A stretch of DNA of 64,000 nt from a virus (IMGVR_UViG_2974636330_000001:21023-85022); one strand, 5' to 3'; positions 1-9,450 are shown, numbered from the stretch's first letter. Numbers and translations are program-made. The notes: a model not told the origin generated them from the letters alone.

Positions 1-1
1 C

Positions 2-1957
2 GACCTGACGGTGCTGAAGGCCACGGCGCAGCGGCTGTACGATGAAGGGTTTGGGCTGTGCCTGAAGTGGAACAAGTCCGACAGTCTGGAGAAATGGCTG
101 CAATTGATTGCAGACCATGTGTGCGGCGTGATCAGTACGGACCGTAACACCGGCTTGCTCCGGTTTGATCTGGTGCGTGACGATTACGACTTCGATACGC
201 TGCCGATCTACGATGAGTCGAACATTCTGGAGATGACCCAGCTCGAACCCCCGGGCTTGGAGAACTCCACGAATGAGATGACCATCCAGTACAAAGACCC
301 GGTGTCGAACAACAAGGGATCGATCACCCTCCAGAGCCTCGCCAGCGTGCAGGTGCAGGGGCGTGTGGTGTCCGAGACCCGAGAGTACCCGGGACTGCCG
401 ACCGGCGCTCTGGCGGCTCGTGTGGGCCTGCGAGACCTGCGTTCGGTGTCGGTGGGTCTGAAGCGTGTGTCGTTCAAGGTGAACCGCACGGCGTACAACC
501 TGCGTCCGGGTCAGGTGATCCGCTTCAAGTGGAAGGCGGACCAGCTGGATATCGCCCTGCGTGTGGCAGAAGTCCAGTACGGCACCCTGAAGGACGGCAC
601 CATCAGCGTGACGGGCGTTGAAGACGTGTTCGGCCTGCCCGACAACACCTATCTGGAAGTGGAGCCGCCCGGCTGGGTTGAGCAGCCGACCACCGCGCTC
701 GACATGCCCGCATCGGTTGTCCGGGAAGCCAGCTACCTTGACCTGATCCGTATCCTGTCTGACTCGGAGTTCGCGGCTGTAGCCCCGGGCACTGGTCGCC
801 TGCTCACCTACGGACAGGCTCCGACTGAGCTTTCGTTGAACTACGGCATCTATACCCGTCTGGCTGGCACGACTGGCTATGCGGAAGAAGGGCTGGGTGA
901 CTTCTGCGCGGTGGCGTACTTGGGCGAGGTGATGGCTCAGGAAGAGCTGACCACGAACATCACGTTGGCTCCGGTGTTCCGCTCCTACATGATGGAGATC
1001 GGAGCGCTGTGTTCCTGCGGCGATGAGCTGATGCAATTGACTGCATGGGATGAGACCACCGGCAAGGCGAGCTTCAAGCGTGGTGTGGGCGACACTGTAC
1101 CGGCCCCGCACAACGCTCAGTCCCCGGTGTTCTTCTACGATGACAATTTCGGCTACGACACCCGGGAGTACGCGACGGGCGTCGATCTGGAGGTGAAGCT
1201 CCTGACCCGAACCAGCGAAGAGCAGCTGGCGGAGGCCAGTGCCACGACCAAGTACGTGGAGTTCAACGAGCGCTTTGATCGTCCGTATCCTCCGGGCAAG
1301 TTGATGGTCAATGGCCAGTATTACCCGGACGTGGTGACCACTCAGGACGTGAACCTGACTTGGGCTGGCCGCAACCGGAAGTTGCAGAACGATCAGCTGA
1401 TCGACTTCACGTACGGCAGCGTGACTCCGGAAGAGGGCACGACCTACAACGTAGAAGTCTTGAATGCGACGGGACAGCGGGTCCGGTTGATGACTGGCAT
1501 CGTGGGAGAGTCGTGGGTGTACACGGCTGCCATGGCGGTGACCGACAACCTCCTGTCCACGGCGCGGTTCCGAGTGTCGGCAGTGCGGGGTGGGCTGGAG
1601 TCTTTCCAGAAGCACGACGTTGCCGTGGAGCGCAATCCGCCAGTCGATCCGACTGTTGTTGACAGCGGCCCGTTGACCATCACGACCACCAGCCTTCCGC
1701 AGGGTGAAATCGGAACCCCGTACTATGCCCAGCTGACGAAGAGTGGCGGCAGCCAGTTCCCGAACTGGAGCGTTGACTCTGGGTTGGTGCCGGGCCTGAC
1801 GGTAGACAACGCGGGCGTGATCACGGGAACCCCGACCACTGAAGGCACGTTCTCCCTGATTGTCCGGGTGAGCGGTCCGCCGAGCCGCACGGTGACGAAG
1901 CAGCTGACCATCAGTGTGATCACCGACGAGTACATTCTGGATGGAGGCGGAGCCTGA
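2..1957 (+). CDS. tail fibre/baseplate structural protein with C-terminal Ig-like domain; 5' end runs off the window
   Basis: Frame is open from the window edge. 648+ aa; C-terminus (PYYAQLTKSGG...GTPTTEGTFSLIVRVSG) resembles bacterial Ig-like domains common on phage fibres. Fibre genes follow directly. Confidence 0.55.
   Translation, partial: DLTVLKATAQRLYDEGFGLCLKWNKSDSLEKWLQLIADHVCGVISTDRNTGLLRFDLVRDDYDFDTLPIYDESNILEMTQLEPPGLENSTNEMTIQYKDPVSNNKGSITLQSLASVQVQGRVVSETREYPGLPTGALAARVGLRDLRSVSVGLKRVSFKVNRTAYNLRPGQVIRFKWKADQLDIALRVAEVQYGTLKDGTISVTGVEDVFGLPDNTYLEVEPPGWVEQPTTALDMPASVVREASYLDLIRILSDSEFAAVAPGTGRLLTYGQAPTELSLNYGIYTRLAGTTGYAEEGLGDFCAVAYLGEVMAQEELTTNITLAPVFRSYMMEIGALCSCGDELMQLTAWDETTGKASFKRGVGDTVPAPHNAQSPVFFYDDNFGYDTREYATGVDLEVKLLTRTSEEQLAEASATTKYVEFNERFDRPYPPGKLMVNGQYYPDVVTTQDVNLTWAGRNRKLQNDQLIDFTYGSVTPEEGTTYNVEVLNATGQRVRLMTGIVGESWVYTAAMAVTDNLLSTARFRVSAVRGGLESFQKHDVAVERNPPVDPTVVDSGPLTITTTSLPQGEIGTPYYAQLTKSGGSQFPNWSVDSGLVPGLTVDNAGVITGTPTTEGTFSLIVRVSGPPSRTVTKQLTISVITDEYILDGGGA
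99..112 (+). repeat. 14-bp palindrome TGCAATTGATTGCA (inside tail-fibre CDS, encodes LQLIA)
   Basis: exact match. Confidence 0.9.
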
Positions 1958-2955
1958 TGGCCGTCGTAGTTGCACAACGGATGTGGCAGCGCCGGGACAC
2001 GGCTGCCAATTGGGCTTCGGTCAACCCGGTGATGGCTGCGGGTGAGATCGGTGTGGAATTGGGGGCGACGGAAGCCGACCCCCAGAAGTTCAAGATCGGC
2101 AACGGCAAGACCCCGTGGAATGGCCTGAAGTATGGGTCAGGCGATGATCTGCTGAAGGCGTATCTGGAAGCCCCGCCGATTGAAACGGTGGTCGGAACCG
2201 AGAAGGTGATGATCCTGAAGGATGGCGACCTTGTTGTAGTGCCTGCCCAAGCCCTGAAGGGTGGCAGTGGTGGCACTGGACAGGTGGCTGTCGAGATGCG
2301 TGTGGCTGATGGCTACATCCAGTACCGAAACATCGGTGAGACGACTTGGTATAACCTTGTTCTGCTGTCGGAGTTGAATCAAGGCTCCGATGTGAGGATG
2401 CGGCAGAATGGCAGCTGGCTTCAGTACAGTAACGACGCCGGGCTGACGTGGAACAACTTGGTGACGGTCGAGTCTCTGCGAGGCCCGCAAGGCGTCATCG
2501 GTCCGCAAGGTCTGGATGCGTATCAGGTGGCGGTGGCCAACGGATTCGCAGGCACCCGAGCAGAGTGGTTGGCCAGCTTGAAGGGGCCGAAGGGAGACAC
2601 GGGTCCGCAAGGCCCGCCCGGCATTCCCTCCCAGCGCCGCATTCAAGAAGTGAGTGACACGAATACGGGTTCGGTGCTGTGCGACTGGAACGCCTATGAC
2701 GAGATTCGAATCACCCTGACGACCGACACTCTGCTGGAGTTCACCGGGGCGCTGGATGGTCAGGGTTGTGTGGTGAAGGTACGGCAAGACGCAGTGGGAA
2801 GCCACGAGGTGTCTTTCAGCCCGAACGTCAGGTTCAACAGCCTGATCCCGAGCTACAACGCCACCATGACCCCCATGAAGGCGGATCGACTGGGTTTCGT
2901 ATATGATGCTGGTGACGATGCGTACGACTTCCATGCGATTGTCAATGGTATCTGA
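1957..2955 (+). CDS. tail fibre protein with collagen-like G-X-Y repeats
   Basis: N-terminus (...KIGNGKTPWNGLKY) matches the conserved phage tail-fibre N-terminal domain. Collagen-like runs GPQGVIGPQGL and GPKGDTGPQGPPGIP. TGATG overlap with the upstream gene. Confidence 0.7.
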   Translation: MAVVVAQRMWQRRDTAANWASVNPVMAAGEIGVELGATEADPQKFKIGNGKTPWNGLKYGSGDDLLKAYLEAPPIETVVGTEKVMILKDGDLVVVPAQALKGGSGGTGQVAVEMRVADGYIQYRNIGETTWYNLVLLSELNQGSDVRMRQNGSWLQYSNDAGLTWNNLVTVESLRGPQGVIGPQGLDAYQVAVANGFAGTRAEWLASLKGPKGDTGPQGPPGIPSQRRIQEVSDTNTGSVLCDWNAYDEIRITLTTDTLLEFTGALDGQGCVVKVRQDAVGSHEVSFSPNVRFNSLIPSYNATMTPMKADRLGFVYDAGDDAYDFHAIVNGI

Positions 2956-2957
2956 CG

Positions 2958-3134
2958 ATGGCAGAAGACTACACCCCGCCGCTGTCTCCCAATATCCAAT
3001 GGGTGTTCAAGCGACCAAACGACCCATACAGCCCCCCGCTGTCCCCGGATATCGTCTTCACTTTCGGAGCCGATGATGACGAAGGCGGAGAAGATCGAAA
3101 GAAGTCCAGTTTCATGATTATTCTGACTCAGTGA
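2958..3134 (+). CDS. small Pro-rich protein (58 aa) with YTPPLSP/YSPPLSP repeat
   Basis: ATG immediately after the upstream stop; internal direct peptide repeat. Below the ORF-track size cutoff, so weak support. Confidence 0.25.
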   Translation: MAEDYTPPLSPNIQWVFKRPNDPYSPPLSPDIVFTFGADDDEGGEDRKKSSFMIILTQ

Positions 3135-3141
3135 GGCATTT

Positions 3142-4113
3142 ATGACCGTCCGTTTTTACCAGTCGTCTGACGTTGATGCCCCGGTTCTGCGCGGCAATAC
3201 CCCCGGCGATATGATCAACCTGCTGGAAAAGTGCCTCGTAACAGGGTACGGCAGTGGCCCCAACGCTAAAGTAGGTGCGGGCTGGACGAAGCCTTTTGCA
3301 GGTACGAACGTGGCGTGCTTCAAGCAGGGCGCTGGCTCGAACGGCATGTACCTGCGTGTAGACGATACCAGTACGGCAACGAGCTATCGTAAGGCGAAGG
3401 TGGTCGGCTACGAGAACATGGTGGACGTGAACACGGGTTCCCCGATTTCGTTCCCCACCCCAGCCCAGAACCCGAACCAAGGTAATTGGTTCACGTACTA
3501 TTCGAGTGGCTCGCTGGCGAATCCCCGCATCTGGCAGATCATCGCCGATGAGAAGTTCTTCTGGTTCTTCATCAAGACTTGGCCGGAGGATGGTTACGGT
3601 ACGTACTACAACGAGTGCTATGCGTTCGGAGATATAATCCCGTTCAAGCCGGGTGATACGACCCATACGATTCTGCTCCAGAATGACAATCCGGATAGTC
3701 CGAACTCGTCGGAAACTTATCCGTTTGAAGGGGTCTCCATAAGTAGTGTGTTGACCAAGTATCGTATTTCTGTGGCCCGATCTTTCACGAATCTGGGTGG
3801 TCCCATTACGTGTGGCTGGCACAGTGACATGACCAAGGGAAGTTCCAATTGGGGACGCGGAAACTTGGCGTATCCCCACGGCCCTGATGGTGGACTGTAT
3901 TTGTCCCCGGTCTGGTTGCACGAACCCCATGTAAGTCCGTACAACGTGCGTGGGATCATGCCGGGGTTGTGGATTCCCTGCCATGTAGCGGGCATCCTCA
4001 GTCAGAATCAGATTTTCGATGGACAGGGTGATCTGGCAGGAAGGAAGTTCTTCGCAAAGCGCCACTACGAAAACACGGCCTGCTTTGAAATCTCGGACAC
4101 TTGGGACCGCTAA
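3142..4113 (+). CDS. hypothetical virion/tail protein
   Basis: 323-aa ORF in the fibre module, coding-like composition, no recognisable motif. Confidence 0.5.
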   Translation: MTVRFYQSSDVDAPVLRGNTPGDMINLLEKCLVTGYGSGPNAKVGAGWTKPFAGTNVACFKQGAGSNGMYLRVDDTSTATSYRKAKVVGYENMVDVNTGSPISFPTPAQNPNQGNWFTYYSSGSLANPRIWQIIADEKFFWFFIKTWPEDGYGTYYNECYAFGDIIPFKPGDTTHTILLQNDNPDSPNSSETYPFEGVSISSVLTKYRISVARSFTNLGGPITCGWHSDMTKGSSNWGRGNLAYPHGPDGGLYLSPVWLHEPHVSPYNVRGIMPGLWIPCHVAGILSQNQIFDGQGDLAGRKFFAKRHYENTACFEISDTWDR

Positions 4114-4116
4114 GAC

Positions 4117-5133
4117 ATGCTGCTCGTAGACCTACCGTTGACCTCCCCGGAAGGGACTAGCACCTATGCGGATGCAACGGGTAGGTTTTGGACGGGGTAC
4201 AGCACTCCCCCGAAGATCATTGGTGGTGCCCTGACTCTGGATGGGTCGGGGCTGATTTACACCAATAGCGGCACGGACTTTGTTCTTGGTCTGAAAGACT
4301 ACGACATTAAGTTCGACGTAAACACCACTTCAACTACTTTGTCTACGGTAGTGGATTACCTGTACGGTGGTTACACCACTTGGCAGATTTATTTCAGCAC
4401 TGATGGTAGGTTGATTTGGACAGCAGAAGGACCAAATGAATCCCCTGTGATCGCAAGTGATCCGATAAATGATGGCAACTGGCACACTGTATTGTTCCAG
4501 CGCCGTAACGGTATTTTGTCGGTTATCGTAGATGACGTAGTGCAGGCGAGTGTGCCTCATGGTCGCAGCTACAAAGATCAACTGTCTACTTTTGCGTTTG
4601 GTGGCCGGTGGTATTTGGGGTATTCCAATCTGTTTACGGGAAAGCTGCGCAATTTCCGCGTGGAGACTTTCGACCCCCCCCTAGCCCCGATCAAGGCCCT
4701 CCATACTCCGCCGAAGATGTATATCGGTTGGGACAAGCCTGTAATAGTTGGCGGGCCTAAAATTGGCTTTGAATACCCACTTCTCCCGCTCACGACGAAG
4801 AAACCGAAGGCTGTACAGATCACCCGGGGCGTTCCGCCTTGGTGGGGGCCTTCTGACTCGACCAAGGTTCTTCCGACCTACCGTCTGCGCGGGAGGGTGA
4901 TGCAGCGAGACCCAGACACCGGAACGGACTACCCGGTGATGAATGCTCAGGTGGCTCTGTTCTATCGAAAGCTGCACACCTTGATCGACATTAAGTTGTC
5001 GAACGCACAAGGGTATGTGGAGTTCAAGAACTTGATGCCGGGGCAGGGGGCCTACTATGCCATTGCATTCGATCCGGACGGAGGTCCGATCCAAAATGCC
5101 GTGATTTGGGATCAGCTGTCGTCCGAGCCTTGA
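4117..5133 (+). CDS. ConA-like lectin/LamG-domain protein, probable receptor-binding fibre component
   Basis: Central region (GGALTLDGSG...NDGNWHTVLFQRRNG...LGYSNLFTGKLRNFRV) looks like a concanavalin-A-like/LamG beta-sandwich. Located in the fibre module. Confidence 0.5.
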   Translation: MLLVDLPLTSPEGTSTYADATGRFWTGYSTPPKIIGGALTLDGSGLIYTNSGTDFVLGLKDYDIKFDVNTTSTTLSTVVDYLYGGYTTWQIYFSTDGRLIWTAEGPNESPVIASDPINDGNWHTVLFQRRNGILSVIVDDVVQASVPHGRSYKDQLSTFAFGGRWYLGYSNLFTGKLRNFRVETFDPPLAPIKALHTPPKMYIGWDKPVIVGGPKIGFEYPLLPLTTKKPKAVQITRGVPPWWGPSDSTKVLPTYRLRGRVMQRDPDTGTDYPVMNAQVALFYRKLHTLIDIKLSNAQGYVEFKNLMPGQGAYYAIAFDPDGGPIQNAVIWDQLSSEP

Positions 5134-5138
5134 TGGCT

Positions 5139-5152
5139 TGCAATCAATTGCA
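5139..5152 (+). repeat. TGCAATCAATTGCA (intergenic, 3 nt after stop)
   Basis: exact match. Confidence 0.9.
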
Positions 5153-5209
5153 ACTTGTTCGGGTGTTCCCCTCGTGAGACCATAGGAGCCAGACAAGTGG
5201 AGCTGGCCG

Positions 5210-5638
5210 ATGAACTTCCCGAGGATTACGGATGACTTCGCCTCGGCCTTGAAGAAGGGTACGACCCTTCCGACGCGATTCTGGCTAAGCCTGTCGATGA
5301 TGCTTTATTCGGCAGGCTTTTTCTTGAATCAGGGCACGTGGCTGTTGTCCCCGACCTTCCAACAGATGACGCAGCTCGCCAAGGTGGAATACTGGGGCGC
5401 GTTGTACGGTGTTGCCGGAGTGTTGGGGATGTGGCGGGCAATCAGCCCAGTAAGTCGCCCGTTCTGGGCGTGGGTGGTGAATACACTGATCTTCTTGGTA
5501 TGGGTGCTGTCAGAGATCGTGAGGGTCTGGGGGCTGGGCTGGGAAAGCCTGTTCTCGACCCATACGGGTTTCCTGTTGATGGCAGGGTGGTGCTTGCTTC
5601 GTACCGAGGCAACGGAACGTGACACGGAGACTGCGTAA
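5210..5638 (+). CDS. integral membrane protein (3-4 TM)
   Basis: Hydrophobic stretches throughout. Sits between the fibre and lysis genes. Confidence 0.45.
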   Translation: MNFPRITDDFASALKKGTTLPTRFWLSLSMMLYSAGFFLNQGTWLLSPTFQQMTQLAKVEYWGALYGVAGVLGMWRAISPVSRPFWAWVVNTLIFLVWVLSEIVRVWGLGWESLFSTHTGFLLMAGWCLLRTEATERDTETA

Positions 5639-6127
5639 ATGCCGACGCCAGAGATTGAACAAGAGGGTGCAGTTGTAAACCACCCGCAGGGGGCTGGCGC
5701 AAACGCGATGACCACGATGGAGAAGTTGGTCACCGGCTTGCTCGGCTTGTTGTCCACGTCGTTCCTGATCATCTTGGCGGTTGCCATCCGCCGAAAGAAC
5801 AAGGAACAGGGCACGGAGGACTTCGTATGGGTCATGTCCAACAAGACCATCGAACGTCTGAACAAGGAAGTGGAGGCTCTCCAGAAGGAGAACACCCTGA
5901 TCCGTGGCCAGAAGAACCAGTTCGAGTCGGCAGCCGCACAGGCTCAGGCCCGGGCTGACATTGCCAGCCAAGCCGCAGATGTGGCGCGGGCGGCAGCTGT
6001 GGCGAACATGGAAGAGATGAACCGACTGCGCAGGAACTGGGAGAAGCTGCTGGCCTACACCCACGTGCTGCGCTCGGAGATGGCAAAGAACAACGTTTCG
6101 ATCCCACCGGAACCGGAGTACGAATGA
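5639..6127 (+). CDS. membrane-anchored coiled-coil protein, holin/antiholin or lysis-regulator candidate
   Basis: One TM segment (LLGLLSTSFLIILAVAI) followed by a long coiled coil. Stop overlaps the endolysin start. Confidence 0.4.
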   Translation: MPTPEIEQEGAVVNHPQGAGANAMTTMEKLVTGLLGLLSTSFLIILAVAIRRKNKEQGTEDFVWVMSNKTIERLNKEVEALQKENTLIRGQKNQFESAAAQAQARADIASQAADVARAAAVANMEEMNRLRRNWEKLLAYTHVLRSEMAKNNVSIPPEPEYE

Positions 6128-6684
6128 TGAAGCTGCAAGACGTGATCACTGGAATCCTCCAGCGCGAGGGTTCCAAGTACACCAACAACCCGAATGACAG
6201 CGGCGGCCCGACCAAGTACGGCATCACGCAGGCCACGCTGGCGCGCTACCGTCGCCGGGCTGTGACCGCGCAGGAAGTCCAGAACCTGACCGAGGCAGAA
6301 GCCCGGAAGATTTACGAACAGCTGTACTGGTACGACCCGGGTCTGGACAAGGTGAATGCCCTGAGTCCGAAGATCGCGGAAGAACTGCTGGACACTGGCG
6401 TGAACACCGGCTCGGGCCGTGCGGCGACCTTCTTCCAGCGGGCGCTGAATGGCCTGAACAATGGCGGCAAGAACTGGCCGGACATTGCGGAAGACGGGGC
6501 CATCGGCCCGCGTACCATCAGCTGCTATCAGGCGTTCGTGAAGCAGCGGGGCGCGGCCAACGCCGAGAAGGTGATGTTCCGTTACCTCAACGGCCTGCAA
6601 CTGGCCTTCTACGATGACCTCGTGCGTCGTCGCCCGAAGGACGAAGAGTTCATGTACGGATGGGTTCTGAACCGGGTGGAATGA
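6124..6684 (+). CDS. endolysin: GH108 N-acetylmuramidase with C-terminal peptidoglycan-binding domain
   Basis: REGSKYTNNPNDSGGPTKYGIT matches the GH108 signature EGGYxNDPxDxGGxTxxGIT. C-terminal half resembles PG_binding_3. Confidence 0.8.
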   Translation: MMKLQDVITGILQREGSKYTNNPNDSGGPTKYGITQATLARYRRRAVTAQEVQNLTEAEARKIYEQLYWYDPGLDKVNALSPKIAEELLDTGVNTGSGRAATFFQRALNGLNNGGKNWPDIAEDGAIGPRTISCYQAFVKQRGAANAEKVMFRYLNGLQLAFYDDLVRRRPKDEEFMYGWVLNRVE

Positions 6685-6685
6685 C

Positions 6686-7090
6686 ATGGCGATCTGGAAC
6701 CCCAAGCGGGAGAATGAAAATCTGGAGAACTTCGGCATCTTCGTCGGCGTAATGCTGACGTTGCTGACCGGTTTCATGACCATTGCGCCGTTCTTCCTGA
6801 CGGTTCCGGAGCAGAGCCAGCGCCTGATCGACCAGCAGCAGACCATGCTCCAGACGGTGTTCATCGCCTTGACCAGTTTCCTTTGGGGAACGAGCGTGGG
6901 AAAGCGGCAGGATGCCAACACGATCAGCAAGCTGGCAGACACGGCCCAGATCACGGCAACCACTGCCCAGACTGTGGCCAGCCCTGCCAGCGTTACGCTG
7001 GGGCCGGGGCAGTCAGCCGACTTGCAGGTCAATGAAGACGGCTCGACTGTAATTCAGAAAGATGATGGCAATCAGAAGGTCTCAGATTAG
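6686..7090 (+). CDS. small membrane protein, holin candidate
   Basis: 134 aa, two TM segments, immediately after the endolysin. Confidence 0.45.
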   Translation: MAIWNPKRENENLENFGIFVGVMLTLLTGFMTIAPFFLTVPEQSQRLIDQQQTMLQTVFIALTSFLWGTSVGKRQDANTISKLADTAQITATTAQTVASPASVTLGPGQSADLQVNEDGSTVIQKDDGNQKVSD

Positions 7091-7111
7091 GTGGGTGTAG
7101 ACTGACGGCTC

Positions 7112-7125
7112 TGCAATCAATTGCA
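7112..7125 (+). repeat. TGCAATCAATTGCA (intergenic, runs into RBS AGAAGGAGG)
   Basis: exact match. Confidence 0.9.
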
Positions 7126-7360
7126 AGAAGGAGGTGATCCATGGCTACCCGTCGCGCACCGGTCAAGACCCCGACCAACGTCAAGGCCCCGACCGAGACC
7201 GTGAACCAGAAGGTGAAGCCGGGCCTGCTGAAGGCATCGAGCAACACCAACCAGCGGAGTTCGACTCCGAGCATCCGGGCCAACACAACCCGGACGACCA
7301 CCACGAAGTGATGTATACTCGGCCCCAGAGATGGGGTCGAGTCTTATCTGGAGAACGGAA

Positions 7361-7747
7361 ATGCCTTTTGTGTGGACTCCCTTGGCAACACGGCTGGTAG
7401 TGATCGGCGTGCTGTTGGTGGCTGCCTTCATCGGCATCCGGTTCTGGATCGCCAACCACGACGCGGCCCGCGACACGAAACTGACAGAACAGTCGAACGT
7501 TCGCACCGAGAAGGCAGCGGACAAGATTGAGGACAAGGCCGAAGACCTGTCCGGCGACCAGAAGGCAGCAGAAGATGCTGTCCAGACCATCCACACCCAG
7601 ACGGTGACGCGCTATGTCGAGATTCGCAAAGACCCTGCGGTGGCTGCTGCCGCTGACACTCCTGTTCCTGTGCAGTTGCGCGAGCTTGCAAAGTCGGCCC
7701 GCGAACAGCGAGAGCGACTTGATCGTGATCGAGAAGGCCGTCAATAA
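7361..7747 (+). CDS. i-spanin (Rz-like inner-membrane spanin)
   Basis: N-terminal TM (LVVIGVLLVAAFIGI) then a charged coiled-coil periplasmic domain. RBS ggagaacgg upstream of the ATG at 7361. The o-spanin gene starts inside it. Confidence 0.5.
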   Translation: MPFVWTPLATRLVVIGVLLVAAFIGIRFWIANHDAARDTKLTEQSNVRTEKAADKIEDKAEDLSGDQKAAEDAVQTIHTQTVTRYVEIRKDPAVAAAADTPVPVQLRELAKSAREQRERLDRDREGRQ

Positions 7748-8006
7748 GATGGCGGAAGCCCGGGAAGTTCCGCCAGTGAGCGGATCGAACCGGATGGAAG
7801 ATCAGGTGGTGTTCGGTGACGCCTACGTGCTGGGCATCAACTTGGAGAATACCCTGTGGCTGGCCGAAGGCGACAAGCGGAGGATCAAGGAGTTCGTCTC
7901 GGAGGCCATGCAGGCAATCCGGGAGGCTCGGAATCCTTGCCGGTGGTGGGAGTTCGCCTGCAAGAAGCGCCTGAGAACACCGCTGGTCGAAAAAACTGGC
8001 GAATAA
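7614..8006 (+). CDS. o-spanin (Rz1-like outer-membrane lipoprotein), partly embedded in the i-spanin gene
   Basis: Signal peptide with lipobox-like LLFLCSC, then a Pro/charged-rich body. Starts out of frame within the i-spanin, the classic overlapped arrangement. Confidence 0.45.
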   Translation: MSRFAKTLRWLLPLTLLFLCSCASLQSRPANSESDLIVIEKAVNKMAEAREVPPVSGSNRMEDQVVFGDAYVLGINLENTLWLAEGDKRRIKEFVSEAMQAIREARNPCRWWEFACKKRLRTPLVEKTGE

Positions 8007-8100
8007 GGCGAAAATAAAGGCGAATAAAGGTAGAAGCGCTTGCGCTGTCGGTGTGCTTTGCTATTCTTTACTCATCGGCAGCACAAACCCAATGGAGTGA
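7996..8100 (+). promoter_or_regulatory. early-type promoter cassette: phased AAAGGCGAAAA repeats, TTGCGC(8040-45)-N16-TATTCT(8062-67), leader CAATGGAGTGA(8090-8100)
   Basis: AAGGCGAAAAT / AAAGGCGAATA / AAGGTAGAAGC direct repeats with 11-bp period, then sigma70-like hexamers, then the conserved leader 5 nt before the ATG. Confidence 0.5.
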
Positions 8101-8105
8101 AGCAC

Positions 8106-8240
8106 ATGAACCGCAAAGCCATGATCGAAGCCATCAACACCATGCGCGCCGCCGCTGGCCACGCTCCCATTGATGGCAAGGGCGAACGTCTGGTGATCAT
8201 CAAGATGTGGCACCACCAGCACACGCAGGGCATCTTCTGA
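8106..8240 (+). CDS. small hypothetical protein (44 aa)
   Basis: ATG placed 5 nt after the conserved CAATGGAGTGA leader and downstream of a TTGCGC-N16-TATTCT promoter. Confidence 0.4.
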   Translation: MNRKAMIEAINTMRAAAGHAPIDGKGERLVIIKMWHHQHTQGIF

Positions 8241-8404
8241 TGGCTACCAAGGCGCGCACCCCGAAGATCACGGCCCGCAAGTACGGCGGCAATGACGAAT
8301 ACAGCTGGGCGGTGTTCATTGATGGCCGCCCGTTCGTGACCGGCCTCAGCAAGCGTGAAGTCCCGCACTACAAGTCGGTGGCAGCAAAGAAGGCGGTGGC
8401 CTGA
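8240..8404 (+). CDS. small hypothetical protein (54 aa)
   Basis: TGATG overlap with the upstream gene; open frame to 8404. Confidence 0.35.
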   Translation: MATKARTPKITARKYGGNDEYSWAVFIDGRPFVTGLSKREVPHYKSVAAKKAVA

Positions 8405-8832
8405 TGAGCATCTTCGCCTACATTCAGCAGCAGGAGGTGGACTGGCACAAGGCCCTGAAGGCCAACGGCCACGTCCCGGTGATGGACGAAGACTCCCCGG
8501 ACAAGTTGGACACGTGGGTTCATCAGGGTGGCGAGTATTGCAACGGTCCGGGCTGTTCGGCCTGCGGCGAGACGTGGTGCTACCACTGCAAAGGCACTGA
8601 TGCCATCAAGCCTTGTACGAAGGCCGCGCTGGAAGGTGAGTTCGTGAACGTCGGCAAGCAGAAGGCGTTGACCTACGAAGACCCGGAGGCAGACAACTCC
8701 CCGCGTCGGATCACCAACCGCCTGCGCCGAAAGGTCAACCGATTCACGTATCGTCAGCAGGGTGGGTGCGGGAACGTGAAGCGGGCGACAGGATCATGGC
8801 GGGTGCATAGTGGTCGCCAGTTCGTGAAATAA
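8404..8832 (+). CDS. Cys-rich (zinc-binding?) hypothetical protein
   Basis: 142 aa with CNGPGCSACGETWCYHCKG and a second CG cluster. Confidence 0.5.
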   Translation: MSIFAYIQQQEVDWHKALKANGHVPVMDEDSPDKLDTWVHQGGEYCNGPGCSACGETWCYHCKGTDAIKPCTKAALEGEFVNVGKQKALTYEDPEADNSPRRITNRLRRKVNRFTYRQQGGCGNVKRATGSWRVHSGRQFVK

Positions 8833-8838
8833 TAGAAA

Positions 8839-8935
8839 ATAAAGGCGAAAACTGGCAGAAAACCCTTCCCTTTGGAGGGGTTTTTGCTATTATTAAGTCG
8901 TACCCAGCAACAACCACACAATGGAGTGAGCCACA
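8839..8935 (+). promoter_or_regulatory. terminator hairpin (CCCTTCCCTTTGGAGGGG+T5) fused to -10 TATTAT and CAATGGAGTGA leader
   Basis: GGCGAAAA upstream; stem-loop 8861-8885; TGCTATTAT; leader 8919-8930. Confidence 0.5.
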
Positions 8936-9145
8936 ATGAACACCAAGACCGCCTACGCCAACATCAACGAGTTCCTCTCGGAGTCCCCGGAAGGCTCGCT
9001 GTTCGAAACCACGGCTCTCGGTCACAGTGTGGCTCGCCTGTATCACGCGCCGGGCATGGTTGCCGCCTTCGCGGGTGGCAAGACCCCGGAAGAAGCCCTG
9101 AAGAACCTCAGCATTGAGCTGGCCCGCATCGAGTCGGAGGCTTAA
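8936..9145 (+). CDS. hypothetical protein
   Basis: Conserved leader CAATGGAGTGAGCCACAATG, preceded by a terminator hairpin. Confidence 0.5.
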   Translation: MNTKTAYANINEFLSESPEGSLFETTALGHSVARLYHAPGMVAAFAGGKTPEEALKNLSIELARIESEA

Positions 9146-9147
9146 TC

Positions 9148-9450
9148 ATGAGCCACGCAGTCGCCGAAGACACCCTGACCAAGCTCGGAGGCCGGATGTT
9201 CGTACTGGACTCGGACTGCTCCCAGCCGATGATGGACGGAGATACCCTGACGCTGGGCTTCGGCCCTCGCGTCATCAAGGTCAAGGCAGTCGGTGACCAG
9301 TACGAAATCACCGACGCCACTTTGAACACCCGCAGCCAGTGGATGAAGACCGGCAAGCTGTTGAACGTACGGCAGGTGGTGACCACCACGGAGGAGCAGC
9401 TTCGGGAAAAGGTCTGGGAAATCGTCGGCAAGAGGGGCGGAAAGAAGTAA
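9148..9450 (+). CDS. hypothetical protein
   Basis: 100-aa ORF, ATG 3 nt after the upstream stop. Confidence 0.5.
   Translation: MSHAVAEDTLTKLGGRMFVLDSDCSQPMMDGDTLTLGFGPRVIKVKAVGDQYEITDATLNTRSQWMKTGKLLNVRQVVTTTEEQLREKVWEIVGKRGGKK

Noticed and set aside
2280-2640. Collagen-like G-X-Y repeats as a sign of eukaryotic contamination
   Set aside because: Short collagen-like triplet runs are a well-known feature of phage tail fibres, and they sit within a fibre gene with a phage-type N-domain.
6055-7032. 325-aa minus-strand ORF across the endolysin/holin genes
   Set aside because: Antisense to the GH108 endolysin, which has a diagnostic motif. Same reasoning applies to the other long minus ORFs (36820..38004, 40265..41278, 47654..48613, 62264..63796 and so on).
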